Notes: generated from the sequence alone by a model not told the origin. Positions 18,946 to 28,081 are shown, counted from the first letter of the stretch. The stretch: 54,354 bases of DNA from an uncultured Candidatus Sumerlaeota bacterium (GCA_964625145.1 CAZVAQ010000004.1:1-54354); one strand, 5' to 3'. A program made the numbers and translations.

Positions 18946-19548
18946 ATGGCCGAATGGCTGGACCTCCTCCCCCTTGATAATGCACCCCTGACTTTGATCT
19001 TTTGGGGGTGCCTGCTGATAGGCCTCGTGCTCGCTCTCTTCTCGTTTCTCTTCGGTGAGATCCTGGGCTTCGGGCTGGATGCGGCGGAGGCCGGGCCCAT
19101 CAGCGGGCCGATGATCGCGGTTTTTTTGGTGTTTTTTGGTCTGGCGGGACTGGTCCTTCGGGATTTGGCGGGGTTTGGCCCGGCCGGATCGATCTTTGGA
19201 GGGTTCCTGCTCAGCCTGCTCGGTTCGGCCATCGTGTACTATGGGGGCTTCAAGCTGATCCTGACCCAGCAGGGCGGTACCAGCTTTGACCCGACGAAGC
19301 TGGAGAACACCACTGCGAAGGTTATCACGGCCATCCCGGAGGGGGGGACGGGGGAGATTTCCTTTGATTCAAACAGCGGTCGAATCAGCGGTCCTGCCCA
19401 GACCGCGGATGGAAAGCCGATCGCGAGCGGGCAATTGGTGAATATCGACCGTTATGTCGCCGGTATGTATATCGTATCGCCGTTTGCAGCCAGCAGGGCC
19501 CGGCACGACAAGCCGGAAAATCCCGAGAAGGAGGACGCATCCACATGA
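18946..19548 (+). CDS. NfeD-like membrane protein (flotillin-associated)
   Basis: 200-aa ORF with N-terminal TM helices and a C-terminal soluble beta-rich domain (GEISFDSNSGRISGPAQTADGKPIASGQLVNIDRYVAGMYIVSP). ATGA overlap with the flotillin gene, the classic NfeD-SPFH pairing. Confidence 0.65.
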   Translation: MAEWLDLLPLDNAPLTLIFWGCLLIGLVLALFSFLFGEILGFGLDAAEAGPISGPMIAVFLVFFGLAGLVLRDLAGFGPAGSIFGGFLLSLLGSAIVYYGGFKLILTQQGGTSFDPTKLENTTAKVITAIPEGGTGEISFDSNSGRISGPAQTADGKPIASGQLVNIDRYVAGMYIVSPFAASRARHDKPENPEKEDAST

Positions 19549-21068
19549 ACACGATTCAGATGTTGGGGGCGGGCGGGGGATTCCCCACCGAGATCATCGG
19601 GGTGGCCGCCGCACTCATCACGGCCTTTGTGGTGTTGGTGCTCATTGGTGCCTTGTTCGCCGCCCGGTACAAGAAGGTCGGCCCGAACGAGGTGCTGGTC
19701 ATCTCGGGTAAGTTCTTCCGCAAGGAAGGAAAGGGCTTCCGGACGATTCGCGGTGGTGGCGTGTTTGTGTGGCCGATCTTTGAACGCGTCGACCGGTTGT
19801 CGTTGAACATCATGACGCTGGTGGTGCGCACACCGGAGGTCTACACATTCCAAGGTGTGCCCGTGGTGGTGGACGGTGTCGCGCAGGTGAAGATCGACAG
19901 CGACCAGGCTTCGATCGACACGGCGGCGGAGCAGTTTCTGGGGCTGAACGACGAGCAGATCCGCACGGTGGCGCTGGAGACGCTGGAAGGTCACCTGCGC
20001 GCGGTGCTGGGGACGCTGACCGTCGAGGAGATCTACAAGGAACGCGACAAGTTCGCGCAGCAGGTGCAGAGCATCGCCACGCCGGACATGCGCAACATGG
20101 GCCTGCGCATCGTGTCGTTCACGGTGAAGAACATCACCGATCCGAACGGGTACCTGGATGCGCTGGGCAAGCCGCGCACGGCACAGGTCAAGCGCGACGC
20201 CATCATTGGCCAGGCCGAAGCCGATCGCGATGCGACCGCCAGGAGCGCCGCGGCGAACCAGGAGGGGCAGATCGCCCGACTGGCCGCGGAGACGCGCATC
20301 GCCGAGGCCGACCGCGATTACCGCATGAAGGTCCAGGAGTACGAGGCGGGCGTGAACAAGAAGCGCGCCGAGGCGGAGCTGGCCTATGACATCCAGCGCA
20401 ACACGACGATGCAGTTGTCCAAGGCCGAGGAAGTGAAGGTCCTGGTCGTCGAGCGCGAAGGCTTGATCAACGTGCAGGAGCGCGAAATCACGCGCAAGGA
20501 GCGCGAGCTGGACGCGACGGTGCGCAAGCCCGCCGAGGCCGAACGGTTCCGCGTGGAGACCATGGCCGAGGCGACGGCGAAGAAGTTGGACCGCGAGGCA
20601 TTCGGTAAGGCCGAAGCGGAGAAGCGCGAAGGTTTTGCCCGCGCCGACGTCGTGAAGGCAGCCGGTCTGGCGGAAGCCGAGGCCATCCGTGCGAAGGGTC
20701 TCGCCGAGGCGGAGATCATCAAGGCGCGCGGTCTGGCGGAAGCCGAGGCCATCCAGGCGAAGGGTCTCGCCGAGGCCGAAGCGAACCGCAAGAAGGCCGA
20801 GGCGTGGAAGGAATACAACGAGGCGGCCATCGCGGAAATCGTCATCGACAAGCTGCCGGAGATCGCCCGCGAGATCGCCGCGCCGCTGGCCAAGACCGAC
20901 AAGATCACGATCGTCGGCATGGGCGACGGCGCAGCCGGCGCGCACAAGATCACGCAGGACGTGGCGCAAATCGTCGCCGGTCTGCCGCCCGTTGTGGAGT
21001 CGGTCTCCGGGATCAACCTGGGCAAGCTGATGGAGAAGTTGCCGGGGATGGGGAAGAAAGAAGGGTGA
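19545..21068 (+). CDS. flotillin / SPFH (band 7) domain protein
   Basis: 507-aa ORF. N-terminal TM anchor, then an SPFH domain (YKKVGPNEVLVISG...), then a long Ala/Glu coiled-coil flotillin region (AEAEAIRAKGLAEAEIIKARGLAEAEAIQAKGLAEAEANRKKAEA). GAAGGAGGA lies upstream of the ATG. Confidence 0.85.
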   Translation: MNTIQMLGAGGGFPTEIIGVAAALITAFVVLVLIGALFAARYKKVGPNEVLVISGKFFRKEGKGFRTIRGGGVFVWPIFERVDRLSLNIMTLVVRTPEVYTFQGVPVVVDGVAQVKIDSDQASIDTAAEQFLGLNDEQIRTVALETLEGHLRAVLGTLTVEEIYKERDKFAQQVQSIATPDMRNMGLRIVSFTVKNITDPNGYLDALGKPRTAQVKRDAIIGQAEADRDATARSAAANQEGQIARLAAETRIAEADRDYRMKVQEYEAGVNKKRAEAELAYDIQRNTTMQLSKAEEVKVLVVEREGLINVQEREITRKERELDATVRKPAEAERFRVETMAEATAKKLDREAFGKAEAEKREGFARADVVKAAGLAEAEAIRAKGLAEAEIIKARGLAEAEAIQAKGLAEAEANRKKAEAWKEYNEAAIAEIVIDKLPEIAREIAAPLAKTDKITIVGMGDGAAGAHKITQDVAQIVAGLPPVVESVSGINLGKLMEKLPGMGKKEG

Positions 21069-21094
21069 AGGGTGAAGGATGAAGGATGAAGAAC
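21060..21094. repeat. purine-rich tandem heptads (GAAGGGT x2, GAAGGAT x2, GAAGAAC) spanning the flotillin stop codon
   Basis: Read directly from the sequence. Related GAAGGATGAA / GGATGAAGAA strings recur at 28086-28128 and 40772-40790, each at a gene 3' end. Confidence 0.6.
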
Positions 21095-21097
21095 TGC

Positions 21098-21135
21098 GGG
21101 CCGGGGGACGGTTGACTCCCGGCCCGGTTTGTTTT
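21098..21135 (+). terminator. rho-independent terminator of the nfeD-flotillin operon
   Basis: GGGCCGGG (21098-21105) pairs with CCCGGCCC (21118-21125), followed by GGTTTGTTTT. Confidence 0.6.
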
Positions 21136-21266
21136 GGGGGAGTGCAGAACACTTGAGTGGTTTCATGGGCGGAGCAGTTTGACTTGGGGGTGATTGGCAT
21201 TGATCGGGATAGGTGGGTGGGAAGAAGTGAGGGGTCCGCAGTGAAGTCTCATGCGGGAATTGACGA

Positions 21267-21806
21267 ATGGGAGGAACTGCTTTGAGCTTTGACATCCAAA
21301 AGAGCATCCAGATCCTCGAGCGTACGCCGGCTGTTGTGCGCGCGATGTTGTCGGATCTCGATCCTGCATGGACGCTTGCCCACGAGGGGCCCGAGACTTG
21401 GAGCCCTTTCAACATTGTCGGCCATTTGATCGATGGCGAGGAAACGGATTGGATGGGGCGGGTGCGGATTATCCTGGGAGACAATCCGGACAAGCGCTTC
21501 GCGCCGGTGGATCGCTTCCGTCACCTGGAGGTGGCGAAGGGGAAGACGTTGGCGGAGCTGCTCGACAAGTTCGCGACGCTTCGCGCGGCCAACGTTGCGG
21601 AGCTGAAGGGGCTGGACATCTCCCCCGCCGAGCTGGCCCTCACCGGCGAGCATCCAGCGTTTGGCACGGTGACGCTGGAGCAGTTGTTGTCGACGTGGAC
21701 GGTGCACGATCTGGGACACATCGCCCAGATCGCGCGCGTCATGGCGAAGCAATACAAGGAGGAGGTTGGGCCGTGGGAGGCTTACCTGCCTGTGTTGCAT
21801 CGGTGA
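21267..21806 (+). CDS. DinB-family (four-helix-bundle, metal-binding) protein
   Basis: 179-aa ORF. DinB-like His pattern: ...FNIVGHLIDGEETDW... and ...WTVHDLGHIAQIARV. Confidence 0.65.
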   Translation: MGGTALSFDIQKSIQILERTPAVVRAMLSDLDPAWTLAHEGPETWSPFNIVGHLIDGEETDWMGRVRIILGDNPDKRFAPVDRFRHLEVAKGKTLAELLDKFATLRAANVAELKGLDISPAELALTGEHPAFGTVTLEQLLSTWTVHDLGHIAQIARVMAKQYKEEVGPWEAYLPVLHR

Positions 21807-21815
21807 TTGGCTGGC

Positions 21816-23420
21816 TCAAATCCTGACCAGCACCTCATAGTCCAGCGATATCAGCCGCTGCTGGCCAGGGGCGATGTCGATGGTCCAATTGGCTTCATTG
21901 GTTGGGTTGACGGCATTGCGCTTTGAGATCGAGCGCATCTGCGCCGGTTCGTCGGATGCGGTGATCATCGTACCTTGGAACTCGCGGGTGATCTCGATGG
22001 TGACTGGTGTGCTGCGCCGGTTGGTGACCTTCATTTCCGCCCGCACGGTGATCGGTTGGTAATCATTGTTCAGGATTCGGCGCGGGTCGCCACGGCTGAT
22101 GTCAAACTCCTCGTGTGTCGTCTCCACCGACATGGCCTTGGTCGTCTTGACGACGGCGGGCGCGCCTGGGTTGATGAACGAGGTGGTGGATTGTCCGCGG
22201 AACCGGCCGTCGATCCAGACGCTGACTGGCGCGGTGGTGAGCGGGAAGTCGAAGGGATTCGTGAAGCGGATCGAGTCCCACGCCTCCGGAGTGCTTGTTT
22301 CCCCGTTGTTCAGGCGGCCGAACTGATCGCGTCCGTCGGCAATGCGCCAATCAACGAAGCGCTTTGCGGCGGTTGAAGTCGTGGCCAGTTGCCTGCTGAT
22401 GGCCGAGCCACTGGCGATGGTGACGGGGCCGATGTCTTGGAAGTGCAGGTCCTCGCCTGCTCCCGCCATCTGGCTATCCAGCTCCACCACTCCCGCCCGA
22501 ATGGGCATGGCCGTGTTCGACACGATCATCTGGGTATGGATCGCGCCGCCGCGTGGCGAGTTCCCAGCGGAAATCTGGCTGAAGAATGATTCCAATGTCG
22601 TCTCGTTAGACAACAGGCTGGTCACGCTGGAATGTTCGATCTGCGGAAAGCCGGAGATGAGTTCGACGCGCGTTCCGTCCAGGTTGCGCCACTCGTTGCG
22701 GATGATGGTGCTGACGCCAATCGTCGCCGTCCCGGAATCGTCGTATTCGATGTGATAACTCGGCGCCCACGCCATTCCGCGGGTCAGATAGGTCATCGTG
22801 ATGGTGTAGTTGGGAGAGGCGCCGTCATCCACTACCAACTCGAGAGTGGGAATCTCGGACGTCTCCGTCTGGCGTTTGCCACTATTGCCACTCTCCTGAG
22901 TGATATACTTGATGTTGTCCATCGGCACATATGAGATGCGGCCATCCACCTGAATGGGGACCATTCCGACAGCGGTGGGGAATGTCACTGACGAGAGGTG
23001 CGGATAGATAGTGGAGGGCATCGCCGCCGGCGAGGGACCACCGGGAAGCGGCATGATGATCCCTTGCAGCGTCTCGCCTCCGGTCAGCGTCAGGACTGCC
23101 TGCGCGCCTTCGAGCCGCCGGGTGACCTCGACCAGATTGCTGGCAGGTGGAGCGGGGCGCTCTTCGCGGCGGGTGGCCGTCCGGGCCTCAAACTTCGCTT
23201 CCGACTCGAACCACAACGTGCCGTGGATGGCGTTCGGCCGGGTGTCCAGGTGGTATGTGCCGGGCCCGGGAACGACCATGGTCTCGCGCACCACAAGGAG
23301 TCCGTTCTTGAACAACCCGACGGATTCGACGGTGCTCTGGATGGGTTGGGGTTCAGCCGCGCCAACAGCAAGCGGGGCCACGAAGGCAGCAACAAAGTGC
23401 AAACGCGCGTTTCCAGACAT
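21816..23420 (-). CDS. secreted DUF4139-like (MuiA-like) protein
   Basis: Only the C-terminal 534 codons of the 784-aa track ORF are credible. ATG 23420 is preceded by AAGGAG. Signal peptide MSGNARLHFVAAFVAPLAVGAAEP, then VESVGLFKNGLLVVRE..., and C-terminal ...VRAEMKVTNRRSTPVTIEITREF..., which resembles DUF4140/DUF4139 proteins from memory. Confidence 0.55.
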   Translation of the reverse strand: MSGNARLHFVAAFVAPLAVGAAEPQPIQSTVESVGLFKNGLLVVRETMVVPGPGTYHLDTRPNAIHGTLWFESEAKFEARTATRREERPAPPASNLVEVTRRLEGAQAVLTLTGGETLQGIIMPLPGGPSPAAMPSTIYPHLSSVTFPTAVGMVPIQVDGRISYVPMDNIKYITQESGNSGKRQTETSEIPTLELVVDDGASPNYTITMTYLTRGMAWAPSYHIEYDDSGTATIGVSTIIRNEWRNLDGTRVELISGFPQIEHSSVTSLLSNETTLESFFSQISAGNSPRGGAIHTQMIVSNTAMPIRAGVVELDSQMAGAGEDLHFQDIGPVTIASGSAISRQLATTSTAAKRFVDWRIADGRDQFGRLNNGETSTPEAWDSIRFTNPFDFPLTTAPVSVWIDGRFRGQSTTSFINPGAPAVVKTTKAMSVETTHEEFDISRGDPRRILNNDYQPITVRAEMKVTNRRSTPVTIEITREFQGTMITASDEPAQMRSISKRNAVNPTNEANWTIDIAPGQQRLISLDYEVLVRI

Positions 23421-23498
23421 GGGGGACTCCTTTGCTTGCGCCGAGAGAGGCGGATTGGCACACTTGGACCCTAAAGAGACCTTTAAGGTTTGTTCCCC

Positions 23499-24134
23499 AT
23501 GGCGAAGATCAATGTGAAGGATGCCCGCTTCCTGCGATCGTATGATCGGTGGAAGGTGGACGATGCACTGCCGGCACTCCCCCAGGCGTGCTTTGCCGGC
23601 CGCAGCAACGTCGGCAAATCGTCTCTTCTGAATTCGCTGGTGGGAAGGCGGAGCCTGGCGCGGACCTCCAAGACCCCCGGCCGCACGCAGCTCATCAACC
23701 TCTTCGAGGTGGACCTGGCCTGCGATGGCGAGACCCGCGAGCTCCACCTGGTGGATCTGCCGGGCTATGGCTACGCCAACGCGCCGGAGGCCGTTCGCCG
23801 CGGATGGCAGCCCATGATGGAGGGGTACCTGAAGCGGAACCCGCTGCTGCGGATCGCGCTGCTGCTTCTGGACATTCGGCACACGCCCAACCAGGCCGAT
23901 GAGCGGTTCATGGAACTGCTGGACGAGGCGGAGGTTCCGATTCAATTGGTGGCGACCAAGACCGACAAGATTGGCAAGACCCACCGGCAGCGGCACTTGA
24001 AGGCCATCGCCGGGGTTTTTGGAGTGGCTGCAGGGGACATTTTGCCCTATTCCTCCGAGACGGGAGAGGGGCGCGAGGAGCTGTTGGGGCTCTTGGCGGA
24101 ATACAGTTCGGAGACTCCACCAGAGACCGTGTAG
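23499..24134 (+). CDS. engB: ribosome biogenesis GTPase EngB (YsxC/YihA)
   Basis: G1 GRSNVGKSSLLN, G2 region PGRTQ, G3 DLPGYGYA, G4 TKTDK. ATG 23499 preferred over track TTG 23490. Confidence 0.85.
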   Translation: MAKINVKDARFLRSYDRWKVDDALPALPQACFAGRSNVGKSSLLNSLVGRRSLARTSKTPGRTQLINLFEVDLACDGETRELHLVDLPGYGYANAPEAVRRGWQPMMEGYLKRNPLLRIALLLLDIRHTPNQADERFMELLDEAEVPIQLVATKTDKIGKTHRQRHLKAIAGVFGVAAGDILPYSSETGEGREELLGLLAEYSSETPPETV

Positions 24135-24260
24135 CTCCGCACACATTTCAGGCGCCCATTTTTTGTGCACTTTTCGAACAGGCCGTGAGCGGCGCTTTCC
24201 GGTCGACTTCTAACCTCTTTTTTTTCAACAGTCTACGCCGAGCCGGCGATCGCGTGTTCG

Positions 24261-24276
24261 GGGCACGGGGATTGCA
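24261..24276 (+). promoter_or_regulatory. candidate sigma54 (-24/-12) promoter upstream of the pseudopilin triad
   Basis: gGGCACGGGGATTGCA matches TGGCACG-N4-TTGCW at every position except the first T, with correct GG...GC spacing. It lies 69 nt upstream of ATG 24345. A single match like this can arise by chance in 54 kb. Confidence 0.4.
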
Positions 24277-24344
24277 ATTGGTCGGGCCGAGCGCGAGGGG
24301 AAGTCGACGGGCGCTCCCGAGATTACGTCCAAGAACATCTGAAG

Positions 24345-25052
24345 ATGAAGAGGCACTACGCGGTTCCCAAAGCTGCGTTCTCCCTGCTGGAAGTCCTGAT
24401 CGCTTCAACCATTCTGGCCATCGTTTTGTTGGGTGCCATAACGGGCCTGTTGTTCGTGTCGCGCATGTCGTTGGCGGCACAGCAGGACCTGATGGCCATG
24501 GAAGTGCTGGAGCGCGAGTCCGAGCTGATTCGCGCCGCTCCCAATTATCGCGCGCTTGGCGATCCGGACATGGCGGTCGCTCACCCAACCAATCCTGTCT
24601 ACACGGATCAGTCATTCACGATCCGACGCGAACGCGTCTATGATCCGCAGTTTCCTGATTCCGCCCCTACCTTTACATTGGACTACACATGGTATGGATT
24701 CGGGGAGGCCACCGGAGGTTCGAGCGACTCGTTGGATTTTGACCAGGACGACTGGCCAGAGGGTGTGGACATGACGGGCCGGTACGTGATCCTGCGCGAA
24801 GGGACCGGGGCGGGCCAGATGGCACGAATCACCGACCATACGCCGGGGCGTTTCGAGCTGGATGCGGCATTCAACGGCTACGGCATTTCAAACCTGTTGG
24901 TCGCGCCCGCAAGCGGCACCCGGTTCGAGGTGGATGGTGGCAAGTGGGTCCGGGTCACTGCGCGTTGGCGGCCGACGCCCAACGACAGGGAACGTGTGGC
25001 CGAGCGCGTCCTGTTTGTCAGCAATCGCGCCGCCGGGGGAGCGGGATCATGA
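24345..25052 (+). CDS. minor pseudopilin-like protein A (GspI/H-like N-terminus)
   Basis: 235-aa ORF. MKRHYAVPKAA|FSLLEVLIASTILAIVLLGAI is a class III signal-like leader with Glu at +5. The rest has no recognised domain. Confidence 0.6.
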   Translation: MKRHYAVPKAAFSLLEVLIASTILAIVLLGAITGLLFVSRMSLAAQQDLMAMEVLERESELIRAAPNYRALGDPDMAVAHPTNPVYTDQSFTIRRERVYDPQFPDSAPTFTLDYTWYGFGEATGGSSDSLDFDQDDWPEGVDMTGRYVILREGTGAGQMARITDHTPGRFELDAAFNGYGISNLLVAPASGTRFEVDGGKWVRVTARWRPTPNDRERVAERVLFVSNRAAGGAGS

Positions 25053-25714
25053 AAAGCTTAGGCAATGGTTCCCTCCTTCGCAATGCAACACATTGGCGCC
25101 GTGGTGCGACGCTGGTGGAGCTGGCCATCGCGGCGTCCCTTTTCGTTGGTGTCTCCGCCGTGGTGATGAGCCTGTTCCTGACGATGCTGCAGGAAGAGAG
25201 ATCCAACACGACGCGTCTGAACATGACGCACGAGGTGTCCTCCCTGCATCGCCGGTTGCGGGAAATTGCCGCCAATGGCGCGAACATCGCCGTGGCAAAC
25301 GGCGAACTGAACAACGACGTGGTTCTCTTCCGGCGGTTGAATGACGACAGCGAAACGCCGGTCTTTTCCGAGTTGAGGTATATTGACGAGGACGACGACA
25401 ACGACACGATCGGGGACAACTTCATCGTGTTCCTGCCGGACCGCGAGGACGAGGGCAACCAGCAGGTTATCGTGCGTCTGGTGTCGCGGATTCCCGACGT
25501 GACCAGCCCGGGGGGATTCCGCCCGGTGTTCACGCGCAGCCCGGGGTTTGGTGCGCCGCTGGTCGTGCAGTTTCGAGTGGGAGACCGCTCCGCGGTGCGC
25601 CAATCGCGCGCGGAACGAGCCGCGGATGACGAAGACCGTCGTGACGATGCCTTCACCGGCAAGGGATATCAGGGGATCGTCTTTCAGTCGGCCTACGGAC
25701 CGCGAAACGGATAA
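25049..25714 (+). CDS. minor pseudopilin-like protein B (GspJ/TadE-like N-terminus)
   Basis: Track ORF 24944..25714. Preferred start ATG 25049 overlaps gene A's stop (ATGA). ...THWRRG|ATLVELAIAASLFVGVSAVV with Glu at +5. Acidic C-terminal half. Confidence 0.55.
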   Translation: MKSLGNGSLLRNATHWRRGATLVELAIAASLFVGVSAVVMSLFLTMLQEERSNTTRLNMTHEVSSLHRRLREIAANGANIAVANGELNNDVVLFRRLNDDSETPVFSELRYIDEDDDNDTIGDNFIVFLPDREDEGNQQVIVRLVSRIPDVTSPGGFRPVFTRSPGFGAPLVVQFRVGDRSAVRQSRAERAADDEDRRDDAFTGKGYQGIVFQSAYGPRNG

Positions 25715-25783
25715 CATCATCAGGGAGGCCTGGCAGTTCCGGTAGCAACGCAGCAAACGATACCGATTCCCCCGGAGCGGAAA

Positions 25784-28081
25784 ATGAAGCAAGGATTCAG
25801 GAAGACAATCGGAAGAAGGCGCGGCGCATCCGCGCTGGTCAGCGTGTTGGTGTTCACGTCGCTGGTGCTGTTCGCCATCGTGTCGACGGCGGCTTATGCA
25901 CTTCAACGACGCATGGAGACGGTGCGCCTGACTCTTCACGGCGCGGAGCTGGCCGCGGCGGAGAATGCGCTGGAACGTTCGTACGCGCTGTTGTACTTCG
26001 CCTCGCAGCGCCGCCCTTCACAGGTGCGCCTGGGCAATGGCATCGAGGGCTTCGTCGCCGAGGTCGTGGAGCGCGGCGGTGACTTGGGAGCCCCGGAAGT
26101 CAACGAAGGTTTCCAGATCGAGGTCATCGCCGTGCCGCTCCCCGGCTACACGGACGAGGATGGCAAGGGGAAGATCGTCCTGATCAACCAGGAGGCCATC
26201 AACGACCTCGGGATGGAGCTGGAGCCCTGGCGGGATTTCATGATGCAGATCAGCGGGTTTCAGGTGATCGCAGGCGCCCGCGCGCGCGACGTGCGGACGG
26301 CAGATGGCGAGTCGGCATTTCCATTCCAGAACTTCCTCACCCGGCCGGGGGTCTACGCCTCCAAGAACCTGGTGCAGTACAACGTGCCACTGCTGAACTA
26401 CGCCATCTTCTATGAGAACCAATTCGAGCTCGACGCCGGGGAGCGCATCGACATCCGCGGCAAGGTGCATACAAACTCGGATTGGTTCCTTACCACGTCG
26501 AGCAGTGCTTACTACCACGACTACATCACCGTCGCGGGGAACCTGTACGGCGGCGTGTATCACTACGGCGACCATTCACGCCGTTCGTGGTCCGGGAGCA
26601 AGGAAGTGTACATCGCGGACCAACGCATCGCCTCCGCCAGCTCCCCCACCGTGAAGCTGCACAGCAGCAGCCGCTCGTACAACGAAGGGTGGCTGAGCTC
26701 GGTCTTGTACAACAATCGCTCCGGCGGAGCGCCCAGGCTCAACGTGGACGGAACGCCCGATTGGTCCCCGAATCCGAACTGGGTGGACGAATCCATCGCA
26801 CTGTTCAAGGGCTACCTCAAGGACAGCTCGCACGGTGTGTTGCCGGTCAAGCTACCGCTCGACGAGCAGAAGACGCCGCGCCTGTTGATCGAGTCCCCAC
26901 TGCCGCCCGTTGGAACGGCGGCGAACCCGGAGGACATGCTCAACGACAGCAAGATGAACGTGAACCTCGCTTACAAGGCCGGTCTCATCATCGAGACGAA
27001 GCCGGGCTTTGCGACCGCGTCGAGTGCAAACTGGCCGAACTATGTGGAAGCCTATCGCTGGAAGAGCGAAGGCATCGATCCGGAGACGGGTCTTGAGATC
27101 CGCGTGAAGGAACCGGTGAGCCTGAAGTACAAGCGCAAGAAGGCGAACGACCCAACGGTGATGGAGGAAGTGCTGCTCGTGGATCGCGTGACGATCTACA
27201 ACGGCCGCGAGGAGAAGAACGTCACCTTGGCCGACTTCAAGGCGGACCGCCTGGCCGAGTTCCTCAAGCTGCAACGCGAGTTCGAGGTTTCCTCCTCCCC
27301 CACAAAGGTCGACCCCAACGCGCAGCCGGGCCGCGACATTCCGTGGCTGAAGTCGCCAACGGGCAAGTCGGAGGACGACGGCATCGTCTTCTTCGACGTG
27401 TCCCAGTCGGGCCTGTCGTCCAACCAGCAGGTCGGCGCGCGCCTGAGCGAAATGAGCTACAAGAACCTGAATGATATCACGACCCTGGACGGCCGCACCG
27501 ACGCCGACAAGCGTGGCCTCGCCTTCGGGTCAAACGGCCCCATGTACACGCTGGGCCATGTGAACCATGATCCAAACAATTCGAACAACCGCATCCCGCT
27601 GATGATTGCGGGTGATGCGATCAACATCCTGTCTTCGAACTTCAAGGATAGCGAATACGCCTCGGGCAGCGGCGACGGCCCCAAAAAATCGGCAAAGCCA
27701 ACCACCACCAACGCGGTGTTCGTGTCGGGCAATGTCCCCTCCCGCAAGGGCCAGTACTCCGGCGGCGGCGAGAACTTCTTCCGCTACATCGAGGCCTGGG
27801 GCTCCAGCAACCCGCACACCTTCACGGGTTCGATGCTGAACCTGTACGAGAGCCAGGTCGCAATGGGCCCTTGGGACAAGGACCCTTCAACCACCGCGAA
27901 GAGCGGCTACTATTCCGCGCCGCGCCGCATTTGGGGATGGGACACACGGTTCTCCGACGCGGGCAATGCTCCTCCAGGAATTCCGACGAGCTACAACGTG
28001 AGTGTTGGCCGCTGGCAGTTGGTCACCCCGCAACACTTCATTGAGAACGGCGGCGACCCGGAGCTGACGCAGAATATCTGA
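25784..28081 (+). CDS. giant GspK/PilX-like pseudopilin-like protein C
   Basis: 765-aa ORF with GGAGCGG 4 nt before the ATG. MKQGFRKTIGRRRG|ASALVSVLVFTSLVLFAIV is a K/X-type leader without Glu at +5. No recognised domain in the remaining ~720 residues (contains ...GGGENFFRYIEAWG...). Confidence 0.55.
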   Translation: MKQGFRKTIGRRRGASALVSVLVFTSLVLFAIVSTAAYALQRRMETVRLTLHGAELAAAENALERSYALLYFASQRRPSQVRLGNGIEGFVAEVVERGGDLGAPEVNEGFQIEVIAVPLPGYTDEDGKGKIVLINQEAINDLGMELEPWRDFMMQISGFQVIAGARARDVRTADGESAFPFQNFLTRPGVYASKNLVQYNVPLLNYAIFYENQFELDAGERIDIRGKVHTNSDWFLTTSSSAYYHDYITVAGNLYGGVYHYGDHSRRSWSGSKEVYIADQRIASASSPTVKLHSSSRSYNEGWLSSVLYNNRSGGAPRLNVDGTPDWSPNPNWVDESIALFKGYLKDSSHGVLPVKLPLDEQKTPRLLIESPLPPVGTAANPEDMLNDSKMNVNLAYKAGLIIETKPGFATASSANWPNYVEAYRWKSEGIDPETGLEIRVKEPVSLKYKRKKANDPTVMEEVLLVDRVTIYNGREEKNVTLADFKADRLAEFLKLQREFEVSSSPTKVDPNAQPGRDIPWLKSPTGKSEDDGIVFFDVSQSGLSSNQQVGARLSEMSYKNLNDITTLDGRTDADKRGLAFGSNGPMYTLGHVNHDPNNSNNRIPLMIAGDAINILSSNFKDSEYASGSGDGPKKSAKPTTTNAVFVSGNVPSRKGQYSGGGENFFRYIEAWGSSNPHTFTGSMLNLYESQVAMGPWDKDPSTTAKSGYYSAPRRIWGWDTRFSDAGNAPPGIPTSYNVSVGRWQLVTPQHFIENGGDPELTQNI

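Noticed and set aside
20664-20795. Two ~48-nt near-identical segments 66 nt apart inside the flotillin gene
   Set aside because: They are explained by the Ala/Glu-rich coiled-coil flotillin repeats (GLAEAEAI.AKGLAEAE). They are in frame and protein-coding, not a CRISPR or regulatory repeat.
19452-21200. 582-aa minus-strand ORF
   Set aside because: It is fully antisense to the flotillin gene. The Arg/Leu/Gly-rich sequence has no motifs. The + strand product is clearly SPFH/flotillin.
23421-24170. N-terminal 250 codons of the 784-aa minus-strand ORF
   Set aside because: This part lies antisense to the well-supported engB gene (G1-G4 motifs). The real gene starts at ATG 23420, which has an SD and a signal peptide.
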